Source of the DNA: Octopus sinensis
Lineage: Eukaryota
NCBI RefSeq assembly: GCF_006345805.1
Contig: NC_043000.1
Span: 164,238,001-164,302,000 of the forward strand
Length of the DNA stretch: 64,000 nt
Direction of reading: 5' to 3'
Shown: positions 51,421-64,000 of the stretch, piece by piece
How the letters are laid out: each line of letters opens with the position of its first letter
Numbering within the stretch: the first letter of the stretch is position 1
Notes under the pieces: generated by a model
Told to the model about the DNA's origin: nothing
The model's input: only the letters and a program-made list of their open reading frames with translations
Database searches by the model: none
Made by a program: the position numbers and the translations under genes

Positions 51421-52971
51421 AATGTGAATCTTTCTTTGTTGGTCAGTGGAGCAGCAGTTGGTAGCCATTCGATGACCAGTGAAGACAAAATACTTACTGA
51501 GATTTACATGGTCAGTTAATTACTTTGAAGGCAGTGCTCCAGCAGGGTCGCACGCCCGTTACTGAAACCAGTAAAAGAACAAAAGATAACAAAAGACACC
51601 AGACCTACCAACACACACACACACACACACACACATACAATACACACACATACACACACACATACAATACACACACATACACACACACATACAATACACA
51701 CATACACACACTACATGCACACAGTGAAAGCTGTTTCCATAACCAAATGCCAGCTCATCAGTGAATGGTAGTGATTTTGGTACCCAATAACAGCAGTGAC
51801 ATCTAGTGGCCAACAGCTGTTACTATGGGTTTGCCATAATCACAGACATCTCGTGCAATATATATATATATATATATATATGCATATTGACATATACACA
51901 CCCATGGCTATGCACACACACAAAGCTACAAGCACGTCCACATGCAACGACGCACGCATATACACAAATGTGTACTCACAAGATTATACACCCTCAGACA
52001 CGTATCAACGCTAAACATACGTAGACGTCTATATACATACTAGAGATATTTACTTTATCTGGAGTAGCAGCAGCAGCAATATCAGCAACAGCAGCAGCAG
52101 CAGTAGCAGTAGTAGTAGTAGTAGTAGTAGTAGTAGCTGTTAAGAAAGCTATATGTGATAATGAAGATTTGAAACCTTGTATAATAGTCGAAAAGTGAAC
52201 AAGTTTAATGTGGGGGGGGTCCTTGTAGAAATGTATCTCACCGCTCTAAGCAGTAGCAGCGGTGGCAGTAGTGGTGTTTGTGGTAGAGGTTGTGGTTGTG
52301 GTTGTGGTTGTAGTTGTGGTTGTGGTTGTGGTTGTGGTGTTTGTGGTTGTGGTTGTGGTTTATGATGGTAGCAACCGTGGCTGTTGCAAGATGTCGTCAT
52401 CGTCGTGGAACCCAGTCGGATTGTTGGGAACCTACAACCGAAAACCTGGTCTTCACGATACAACGAGAGAGTATCTGAGTACCTACACAGTCACATGGTC
52501 CGTCAGAAACATCAGCTAAATCTTCCTCAAATTATATCTTACCATCTCAAAAATTGGGAGGTTACAGTGAATAAAGTAACCAAAATGCTCGATAGTTGAT
52601 TAAAAGAAAAGATGGTCATGGCCGGAAGGGATTCAAAAGAGGAATGAACTGGAGTGATTCACATTTATTTTTCAAAGTTAACGAGATTTCAAATTTAGCC
52701 AGCTAGCAGAATATTCGGTAGTTTTACTGAGCAGCCATTGCCTAAACTTGAAAACCCTCGACCTGCACAACCAAATTTTGCTTAAATCACGACTAGACTA
52801 AAATGATAAGTTTAACATGCCATTTGGTTTTACACCACATTCTAATGAGCCAGACAGGAGATTCTGTGGCTCGCTCGACATGTTAGCATTACGAGCTAAT
52901 TTTTCCTTAAACCACGCTGAGACACAAAACAAGATTGTGGCTAGTCAATCCAGTCAACCCTCAACCAGATC

Positions 52972-53320
52972 TACTGTCACAGTTGATAGCTCAATCAATC
53001 TACTATCACGTAACGATCGTTATTAACAAAGACCGTATCAAGTTTCTTTTTTTTTTTAATGTGAGCTAGAAATATAGTGAGCAACAATACTGATTGCCTT
53101 TATTGAAGCTAAGAGAACACCAACTAAGGAACACCCAAAATCCAAGATTAATCTGACTCACAACGGCAAATGCCCTCTCTTAGCTTCATAAAGGCAACCA
53201 GTATTGTTACTCACTATATTTCCAGCTAACATAAAACTAAACTTGATACGGTCATTTGTTAAGTATGATCGTTACATGATAGTAAGTAGATTGATTGAAA
53301 GCCAGTACTGTGACAGTAAA
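52972..53320. mobile_element. Fold-back/MITE-like element with ~145-bp inverted arms
   Basis: TA|CTGTCACAG...CTGTGACAG|TA. The arms align with scattered mismatches around a ~60-nt spacer. Confidence 0.7.
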
Positions 53321-56237
53321 AAACTATCAAGAAACTGGATTAGATTTCTGTAACTGAAACTAAGTTAGTAACAAAAATAGGCACATTAATAATACATATG
53401 ACGATCATGATGAACAAGCAGCATAGCAGCCGCCATGTGGGTCACTCGATCCATAAAAATAACAGTCAAATCCCCTTAGATATATCTTACTGCCTTTAAA
53501 TAAAAAGTAAAAATCACATTGGACAATGTAGTTCTTCGTATATAAAAAAAAATGGGATGATCATCCTGGAACGTCACTGATCATTGGTCTACCCATCAAC
53601 ACAATCAGGACAGACTTTGGGATGAACAAAAAACAACAAAAAACATAAATCTTCTGTTAAATGGCTATTACTACCACGAAGCAAATGTCCCACACAAAAC
53701 TCTACTTCTATGACAAAATTCAGTTTAAATGGACAGCAAAAGAAAGAATATTTATCAGATGGGAACAGACATTGGTTCTAAACCCATTGAGAAGAATAAT
53801 TTTTATTTTATAGTTACCAAAATTCTTCTGGATGATGTATTTTCTGAAACAAGACATATTAAGACATTAACTATCCTCAAATATCATTGAAGACACAGTC
53901 GTTTAGTTACTCTACATTTCCACTTGACCAGTCAGTTTCAAATTCTTAAAGAAAATGTTCTGTGTTAACCATGAATCTCCATTCCTCTTAGAACATTACT
54001 TTGCAAAGGTCCTATGGAGCTTTAGTACACAGGTGTACCGTAAGTTACTATATAAGCCTGGCGTCATTTTTTTACAAGTGTCTTCTTAATTGACGGAGTA
54101 ATACCAAAAGTTTATAATATTGTATACAATGAGCAAAACAACTAGCTTATGTACAATCACTTCTGTACAGATCTATATAGACGTATCTATAAAGATATGC
54201 TTAAACTCGTTCTAGAAAATAGCAATAATAGGGTCTTTAAAATGTTATTGGGAAGTCTCACAGAGCTTTTAACCTTAAATATTAGTATAAAGGTTTTCTA
54301 AAAGGAACACAAATCTTTTTATTGTCAGAAAGAAAATGTGTGATGCCTCTTTCGAGCACTAAATGATAATGGTTTTGACTCCAAAATATGACTGATACTT
54401 TATCTTATCAGCCCTGAAAGGATAAAAGGCAAAGTTGACCTGGGTGGGATTTGACTTCAAAATTAAAATGTTGGAGTAACTACTGCACAGCATTTTTTCT
54501 GACATTCTAAAGATTCTGCCTGCTCTCTTCCAACCAGAAACCGAAACTAAAAGGAAAATATCTCTACTCTGATAGACATCTCGATTCCTTTTAGCCAAAA
54601 CGCTTACTATAGTGGTAAAGAAATTGTCGAAGTACAATGATCATGAAACTGAAATAAGTAAGATGTGAAGCATGAAGGAATCGAGAACAGCACTAATAAT
54701 AATTGGAATATTTGGTATGATAAATAACTATATGTGCAAAAACACTAGACTCTCTTGCTGAGTCTAGAGAAAGATACACCATTCATGACCTTCGCAGGCC
54801 CTCTCCAAGTGAGTTGAGCTTGATGACATTAATGTTCCGTAGGTCGAAGATTTCAGAGAACCGATGTTCTAGGGAAGAGATGGTTAGCGCGAATTTGGAT
54901 TGAGTAGATACATAAGTGACGGTTGATGGAATGATGAGTGAGCTGTGGTGGTTGAGTGGAAGAGGTACCAGACCAGCCAGCTCCGAGGAATTTACAGAGG
55001 CCATTGAAAACATGGTAATTATAATTTTCTACAATAGGCACAAGGCCTGGATTTTTTCCTTTTTTGTGGGTAGAGTCCTGTCGATATCATTGGTATAATT
55101 TTTATCGACTCTGAAAGGATGAAAGGTATGATTGACCATGGCAAAATTGGAACTCTGAAAATAAAAGACCAGAGGAAATACTGCTCAGCATTTTGCCCGA
55201 CGCACTAACAATTCTACCAGCTCGCAGCCTTTGTTTCAAATTTTTTGGTACAAAGCCAGTAATATTAGGGGAAGAGAATTTGTCAATATCATCGACTCCA
55301 GTACTTGACAGGTACTTTATTTTTATCGACTGGCGGGGATGAAAGGCAAGAAAGGCTAAGTTGGTATAGGTAGGGTTTCGATTTAGAACGTAAAGAACCA
55401 GAGGAAAAACCCCTAAGAATTGTTCCGACACTCTAACCATCGTACTAGCGCGCTGCCTTTATAATAATAATCCTTTCTGAATTTATATTATTTTTATTTT
55501 ATGGTGGTGGGGTTAGTCTGTTATATCGAACCCATTACTCAAATGCTTCTCATTTTTGCCTCGGCGGAATTTGAACTCAGAACGTAAAGACGAACGAGTT
55601 GCCGCTAAGCATTTTGTCCGGTGTACTAACGACTCTGCCAGTTCGCTGCCTTTATGCAAGACTCAAAGAGTTCCAACAAAACCTGTGATTTAAAAAAATT
55701 GTTGTTGTTGTTATAAATAGATTGAAATAGAATGCTCGGTAGAGCTGTGACAGAAAGTTTGTCTCTTGAGGACAGCAAGGATTATCAGGCGGTCCTAAGC
55801 ACTTGAAAGACTGCCGAAAACCGGTGGATACCTAAGGTTACACGCTATCCACATAATCCCTACCAGGAATAAGACTAAACCTGAGACAAATCAAAATGAT
55901 AATAATAAATAGAATCATAAACCTTTCTACAAAAAGCCCAGCATGGCCACAGCTCATTAGCTGAAACTGGAAAAATCAAAATCAAAAAAGACCTGAAACT
56001 TTGTGGGTGGGGAGGCTAGGAAATTTAGGGGAGAGGACTTTACAGCGACCCCAGTGTTTCACAGAATCTTAATTTATCGACCCCGAAGGGACGAAAAACA
56101 AAGTCGATCTCGGCGGAATTTGAACTCAGAACGTGCAGTCGGACGAAATGACGCTAGGCGTTCTGCCCGGTGGGCAACGATTCTGCCAGCTCGCCGCCTT
56201 ATAATAATAATAATAATAATAATAATATAATAATAAT

Positions 56238-56305
<68 letters not shown>

Positions 56306-56569
56306 CCTTTCTATTCTAGGCACAAGGCCTGAAATTTGAAAGGGGCAGTCGATTAGATTGACTCCAGTACGCAACTGGTACTTATTTTATCAACCCCGAA
56401 AGGATAAAAGGCAAAGTCGACCTCGACAGAATTTGAATTCAGAACGTAAAGACGGGCGGAATACCGCAAATAATAATAATAACAACAACAACAACAACAG
56501 GATGAGGTAATCCTTTAACGCAAAGAAAAATGTATGGGCGAGAAAGTTTGAAAAACAAAAAATACTTAC

Positions 56570-56662
56570 CTTGTTCACCTTGATAAATCCTTGCATTATT
56601 AGGTAGCCAACAAATATGATGATCCCATAGGTGCAGTAACGACGGCATGTTCGCGGTCTCAT
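56570..56662 (-). CDS. DUF1647-family protein, exon 1 (cytoplasmic tail plus signal-anchor)
   Basis: Translates MRPRTCRRYCTYGIIIFVGYLIMQGFIKVNK|gtaagt: a basic tail followed by a hydrophobic segment. Phase 0 matches exon 2. The link across a 13-kb intron is inferred. Confidence 0.72.
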
Positions 56663-56982
56663 ATTTGGAGGCAACAAAACCAACTACGGTCTCTTTTCTT
56701 CCTTTTTCTTCTTTCAGTTCAGGCGTATCTTAAATTAATAAATGAATTCAAGACACTCCAGAGCTGAACCCTTTTTTTTTAGTAGAGTGAGAGGATACAA
56801 AGTGGTTTTCAAATGGTTTTGTGACGTTCTCTTACAACGTGTCTTGAAACGGTGGCAGATTACCTGAGCGTCACCACTTTCTCTTCTTTCTGAGACCCTA
56901 CTACAACTCACATACAGGCATACATATGTATGTGTGTGTGTGTGTGTGCGCGTGTGTGTGTGTGTACGGGTACGGGTACGTG

Positions 56983-57038
<56 letters not shown>

Positions 57039-57380
57039 GGTACGTGCGTGTATGTGTTTGCATGTGATTTACATCAAATGAATAAATAAAACAATTTGTA
57101 TAAATGTGGACGTTTCGATTTCTGTGTACACACACACACACACGCACACACACGCACACACACGCACACACACACACAAGCATGTTTGTGTGCGTGTGTG
57201 ATTTGAACACACCGGCTGTTACAAGAATAAGATATGTTTTAATTGTTTCCAAAATACATCCACACATATACAATGTGAGGTGCGTGTGTGTGCGTGTGTG
57301 TGTGCGTGTGTGTGCTTATTCATACATTCATACATATATGCATACATACATATATTATACATACACACATACATACATAC

Positions 57381-57417
<37 letters not shown>

Positions 57418-58042
57418 TATATAGAAACAGACAGAGATTGAAAGAGATAGTCCGTCTTCTTATGATTCTATCAAGAGCAATTAAGTATGTAATTAAACAA
57501 GCGACTAATTAAGCAATAGTAAACCATTATTATTCTGCTCTTCAGCACTGTCGATTGATGGCAAACTCCTGATGTCTTTTACGCATCTTCCAATGCCGAA
57601 TGTCAATTCCACTACATTTATTCTCTATCAGTCAATGGCAAACTACGTTCCTCGGGATTTTCTGAACGATATGGATAAACGAAAAGTTATCTTGAGCATT
57701 TTAGTAGTGCGGCCCGCCTGACAATGAGCCATGTCTCATGCGGCTCGCTTCTCGAAAAAAGGTTGCCCGTGCCTGCTCTACATTAGATTTTCTGGAAACA
57801 GAGGAACATCGAAAGCAAAATGACTACGGCTGTTCTCTCGACTTCTCTCACAGTCAGTCTTTTGATACGGTCAATGGCCTTCAAGCTGAAGAGAATCTTC
57901 TTCAGATTGGCTGTTCTTTCGATAAAGCTTTCGTGTTTCGGAATATTTCAAATCACTTTAGAGAAACTAATTTCATTCTTGAAGACGGTGCCCCAATCCA
58001 ATGACAGAAACCAGTAAAAGATAAAAGAATAAAAGAATATTT

Positions 58043-58168
58043 ATAGTCATCGCCAAGCTAATATGGCAGTCCAGAAATATAGGACGAATGCTGCCGTTGA
58101 TTAGAGCTAATCAACGGCAACATTCGTCCTATATTTCTGGACTGCCATATTAGCTTGGCGATAACTAT
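58043..58168. repeat. 126-bp near-perfect palindrome
   Basis: 62-bp arms, 2-nt centre (58105-58106), 2 mismatches. Confidence 0.95.
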
Positions 58169-58303
58169 TAATATCCAGTACTGCTGACCGTAGTCTCTTT
58201 AGAAATTTCAATAATTCTATTTTTAATAAAAGAATAGTAAGAATGAAACAAGGAATTCATCTATACAACAGAAAATAAGGAATTTTCTCCTCCCTTTCTC
58301 CTT

Positions 58304-58364
<61 letters not shown>

Positions 58365-61159
58365 CTATTTATCTATCTATGTCTGTCTATATATCTGTCT
58401 GTCTGTCTGTCTGTTTGATTTCTCAGTTGCTCTAGAAGCATATTAGTGACGCAAGTAGGAGGAATTAAATTCAACCAGGAATCAAAGCCGACTCGCTTTA
58501 ACCTTTATTTTACAGTAGAAAATAATTTATTTCTAAGACAGGGCACAAAGATACAAATTTTATATGTGGGGAATAGTCAATTATATCGATCTCACCAACA
58601 CTTCGCTTGTACTTATTTTATCGATCTTGTGAGAAAGCAAAGTAAAATCAGCCGCTAAGGGACAGAATTAAATACTGCAAGGCTTTCTGTAATTCTATTG
58701 ATTATGCCATCAACCGCCCTTCCACGGTGAAAAAAAATATTATAAATTTCCGTTGCCTAGAAACAAGGACATCTCCGGGGAAAAATGTTTATAATCGATT
58801 GCAATATGTTAGTGTATTTATTATATTACTGGTATTAACTCCAGAATACTGAAACACGATGATGATCTCGAACAAGATTTAAGATCCCTGACACTGAAAG
58901 GAAAGACCAGAGGTTAATCTGTTGAAGCCCAAACAAGTAGATCTATAATCAAAGGCATTCCAACTATGACCATTCCGGCTTTTAAAGGCTCTCTTTTACT
59001 CTCCTTTACTTGTTTCAGTCATTTGACTGTGGCCATGCTGGAGCACCACTTTTAGTCGAGCAAATCGACCCTATTCTTTGTAAGCTTAGTACTTATTCTA
59101 TCGGTCTCTTTTTGCCGAACCGCTAAGTTACGGGGTCGTAAACACACCAGCATCGGTTGCCAAGCGATGTTGAAGGGACAAACACAAACACACAAACATA
59201 TACACACACACATACATATATACGACGGGCTTCTTTCAGTTTCCGTCTACCAAATCCACACACGAGGCTTTGGTCGGCCCGAAGCTATAGCAGAAGACAC
59301 TTGCCCAAGGTGCCACGCAGTGGGACTGAACTCGGAACCATGTGGTTCGTAAGCAAGTTACTTACCACACAGCCGCTCCTACGCCTACTAAGGCTACATT
59401 ATTTAATGTCTTTTCCTTAATTAAGAGGCGAGATTTGATGGTAATTTATCGTATGTCGTACGACCACTTGAAGACTCCTTCGTTGATTTTCAAGCCACAA
59501 ATGTTTTAGAGAGAAGCTATCAGAAATTAAGAAGCCAAGGCTAAAGTCAAATAACGAACCCTTTTTCCTAATCACTCTGTTTCAGCTATGAGAAATAAAT
59601 CACTCTTTAGCTATTCTACTGCTCTGTCGCATGTAGCTTTTGCCATGGGAAAATTAATTACTTGGCAATATTACAATGATACTACAATTTATAAACGACT
59701 TTTCACCGCCTTAAAATTATTGATTTTATCCTTAAGCGGATGACACACCTTTGATTTCCTTTCCAACGCTCAACGTCTCAAAAAGATATAAGTGCGGGCT
59801 TTTTTGTCATCATCAAAAACATATTTCTCTGGACTCAGTTCCGTAATTGGAATTGGACAGTGACAGAATAGAAAATGTTGATTTATTTTTAATTTCTAGG
59901 AATCTATGTTGATAAGAATCTTAAATGCAAGCCACGGACTGAACTCATTCGCAAATGAATATTCACTACTATTAGTATCTTACCGTGCACTAAAAACTTT
60001 CTTAAACGCGTATCACTAAATATTATTAGTTTCTGGTTATACCATGGTTATTTTGTAGAGCCATTACTCTAGTAAAGATCAAAATTTAAAAAGAAAATGC
60101 CTGAGATTGATTTTAAATTTTGGAATAATACAACTTTTCACATATTGATCTTCTCTATCATAATACTTAAGTTTTAAAGTGTTCGGGCATGAACGCATTT
60201 ACACAAATCAAATTCTCCAACAATTTTGACTTCTGCCTAAATATCTGTTGATTTCGGTTTATCAGATTTAGCAAATTATTCATGTTCGAGCACATTCGTA
60301 ATCCTTTACAAAAACTATTCCTTGTAAGATAAATTCGCTGGGATACCCTTAAAGTTTGCTATAAACTTTAAAGTAATAAAAACTATCAATAGAGCACAAT
60401 ATTTCACTTCAACACAAAAACTATCAATTCCTACTCGTCAATTGAATAACCATGTAACATCTGTTGTCTCTCGTTAATCATTTATACGAAATTCATAAAT
60501 AGTTTCTAACTCCTATCTCGTGTAAATCTCTACTTTGTTAATCAGTGTTTCTCAAAAGTTTTTTGATGAATTATAAGCAGACACTTTCATCGATATTTAT
60601 TAAGAAATTTCCAAATATCAATTAGTTTAAATAGTTCATTTCCCGCATAATCGTTTTGTCATACACTTAAACTGGTTATCAAGTTTTTCAAGAACGCCAA
60701 ACTATATAAACGATAGCCACCTACATTGTTTGCATGTATTTTACACATTTAATACTGAAGGCAAGATATCACAAGGGCTATGTCTAACAGAAGGATAGAT
60801 GAACACGTAACGCATTTTTACCGTTTGCTTTTTTTGTTTTGTTTTATTATCATTTTGTTTTTGTCGGGGCGGGGGTTGCAGTCAATCAAATTTCGAAAAC
60901 TGATCGTATTTCGATTTGCTTATAAGTTGCCTTTTTATATTTTTTAATTTTGTTTTTTTTTTTTGAGATATTGTCCTACTACTTCCCTTCTTCAGTTGCT
61001 TAAATAATCAGGGGCAGGAGTGGCTGTAGCTTGCTCACCAACCACATGGTTCCGGGTTCAGTCCCACTGCGTGGCACCTTGGGCAATTGTCTTCTACTTG
61101 ACCAAAGCCTTGTGAGTGGATTTGGTAAACTGAAAGAAGCCCGTCGTATATATGTATAT

Positions 61160-61225
<66 letters not shown>

Positions 61226-63404
61226 AACATTGCTTGACAACTGATGCTGGTGTGTTCAGCAAAAGAGACCGATAGAATAAGTACTAGGCTTACAAAGAAT
61301 AAGTCCTGGGGTCGATTTGCTCGACTAAAGGCGGTGCTCCAGCGTGGCCGCAGCCAAATGACTGAAACAAGTAAAAGAGTAATCAGCAACATGAAATTCC
61401 TGAATGAGCCGAAGAATATAAATTACGAAGAATTTCAAAATTACGAAACCCCAACCAAACACACAAACACTAACAAAACTGAATCAATAATCATATAATG
61501 TTGACATATTACTGGTTTTAATGTCACAGACAAGAAATCTGTCACAGCCACCTGGTGGTTATTACTGTAATCACGTGTCATTCATTGTGTGATGCACGTA
61601 CTTACAAGTTTAATTATGCTTTCACTCAATATATATTACATGCAGCTCGACCGTAACTGAGAGATACGACGTCATCTTGAGAGATTATCATGTGACCCAG
61701 TCAAACTGTCTTCTCCACCGAATTTAACTGCAATATTGCTTTTGTTTTGTTTTGTTTTTTTCAACAAGTAGCTTTGAGCCCCTCTACCTCTATAAATAAA
61801 TAGGTGCCAACTTAATCAGTTGCTCTTAGGTGCTACCACCAGCCATACTGACAGGAATGCTATCAGTCCATTTGTACAAGAATGAAGACAGTCTGTGCAC
61901 CATTCTTCTGTATGAAAACGTTTAACTTTATTGTTACACAGATGTGCATTGAAACATCAAAATATTACAAACTTTGGATTGTACTGTCCAATGCATTTGC
62001 ATAGCAACTCACTCCCAACCCACTCTCTTTTCCCCTCCCGTCACTTTTGGTGCATCCAATCTCCTTAGCACTCTACTAACCCTTATTCCCAGCCCATTTT
62101 CCCCAGAACATCAGCTTCCTGGAATCTTCTCCCTGCAAAAGTCATGGCCGTTGTCACTTGCTCCAGAATCAACAAGTATAAAAAAAAATTGTTATTGACT
62201 TTTGACTGAATTGTCTAATAATAGTTTCAAATTTTGGTACAAGGCCAGCAATTTCGGGGGACGGGATGAGTCGAATACATCGACCCCAGTATTCAACTGT
62301 TACATATTTCATCAAGCCAGAAAGGATGAAAAGGCAAAGTCTCCCTTGGCAGAATTTGAACTCAGAACATGCAGACAGATGAAATGCTGCTAAGCATTTT
62401 GCCCAGCATGTTAACGATTCTAACAGCTGGCCACCTTTGTATTGTCTAATAGTAATGATGCATTTGGGGAATGAATAACATCTCACCAAATGCATCATTT
62501 CTTAAAGTATTCTTTCTCCCACAGGTAAAAAAAGGTTGTTTTTCTTAGTTCATTTCATCATGCGCAACTTTCCTATTGCAATATATGTCTGCTGGTTGAT
62601 TTTTAAACACATGACTGTTTAGTTAATTGGCTACATTCTAAAAAATTCAAGAACTGAAAAACAAGTTCTGAAGAGATGCCAAAGATTACCTGAGACAGAT
62701 ACATACTTGCTTACAAGAGAAAATTTAGATGCTCTGGAGAAAGACATTACAGGATTTGCATAACAGTAAAGCAGAGTAGAAGTGTTAGGTAACTTCCATC
62801 AGACACTAAACAGTGATTCCAAAAGGAACAAATGCAAATGAAATCCCTGCTTACTTTGACTCATCATTGATTTGGACCAGAGTTAAAATCTTCAAACTGT
62901 TTACAAACAAGGATCAAGTCAATCTTTTCATTTTGCTAACAATTTGTTGCAAGTTGCAGAGGGAAGATTTCCTTAGAATATTAACGATACCATAAACTAT
63001 AAGTGAAGTGATTAAAACAACATTCTAATTGATATCACAAGTGTTCTTTGAACTATTCTTATATTTCAAGATAGTCGTTTTTTTCTTTCCAAATAAACAC
63101 ACGCACTATATATTTGTACCTCACTCATTTATCCTTATTCTTGTTTTATTTTATGTCCATTGTCTGAAAATCTTTCATCACACACCTGTGACCTCTTCAG
63201 TGACTCTTCCATCTCACATGTCTCCCCTTGTTCTGTTCTTCAAATTTTATCATTAGCTACCCTGCAAGTGGCTCTACCATCTTTAAGAACTTATCTGGAC
63301 CTTTCTAGCTGCTTTTCTAACTGGGCAATATATACTATACTGCTACGTTTCTATGTTTTTGTTTCTCATTGTGTTCGGTATGTAGGTATGTACATATATG
63401 TATG

Positions 63405-63435
<31 letters not shown>

Positions 63436-64000
63436 CAATAAAATTAATGATTACAAAGTGGCTTAGCATTACCTTTAATTCCTTTTTATATATACAGCTT
63501 TACATAGACCTATACATGTTTCAACTGTATCAATTAGTAACTGTTGCAATTGCAACTCTACAAAAATACCGGTGCAGCTTCTTCCCTATAATATCCTTTG
63601 ATTTAACTGTTTCAAGTCTTCTATCAACTCTGCGTTGTATGATGTGGAGTTGGTTGCTAATTTAGACGCAAACTATTTTTAGTTCAAGTTTTGATTGGAT
63701 AATCACTTACAGCCTGTTATTTCAAAACATTCTGTTGTTTAAATTTTTATTACTCATTTATACTGAGCAAAGGTGAATTTTCTCAGGTGCAAGTATTTCA
63801 GTTAAATTATACATATATTGCATTAGTCTGTCTTAAGTTGAAAGACTGTTTACATTCTGCATGTTTGTTCTTGTTTTCCTTACCAGACTTATGACCCTGC
63901 TCTGTCTGTTTCAATTGAAGGCCTTTGTTTTATTTTATTTGAGCCATGGCACTTTCCAGAAGAGTGATATCAACTCTTTCCAAACAGTGAAATCTTATAG

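Noticed and set aside
54783-55013. Extra DUF1647 exon
   Set aside because: No convincing splice pair or homology, and exons 1 and 2 already join in phase.
56562-56571. U1 snRNA 5' end (ATACTTACC)
   Set aside because: It is simply the reverse complement of the exon 1 splice donor, and no U1 body follows.
59400-60900. Possible decayed pseudogene in a repeat-poor AT-rich stretch
   Set aside because: Hand translation gave only short, stop-ridden frames with no recognisable motif.

Overview
AT-rich, microsatellite-dense eukaryotic genomic DNA. The SINE and repeat families look like those of an octopod cephalopod; this is my recognition, not a database result. I reconstructed two spliced genes by hand, both on the minus strand, with splice sites and codon phases checked. 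(1) An NWD1/NWD2-like DUF4062-NACHT gene: 8 coding exons from 16868 to 715, continuing past the left edge. (2) A DUF1647-family type II membrane protein of about 486 aa: 6 exons from 56662 to 36348, with a 1-nt frameshift in exon 3 and one GC-AG intron. Everything else is transposon-derived: a nearly intact Tc1-like element with DD36E spacing, a decayed DD34E Tc1, mariner, hAT and Gypsy remnants, MITEs, Helitron-like elements, R4/Dong-like retroelements next to (TAA)n, tRNA-derived SINEs and many Penelope-like elements (PLEs). The most notable signals are two type I hammerhead ribozymes with intact cores (47648-47717 plus; 26704-26788 minus), several decayed hammerheads, a recurrent inverted-end architecture of PLE-type inserts in (TA)n tracts, the DD36E transposon, and a near-perfect 126-bp palindrome. 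No CRISPR arrays, rRNA or genuine tRNA genes are supported.
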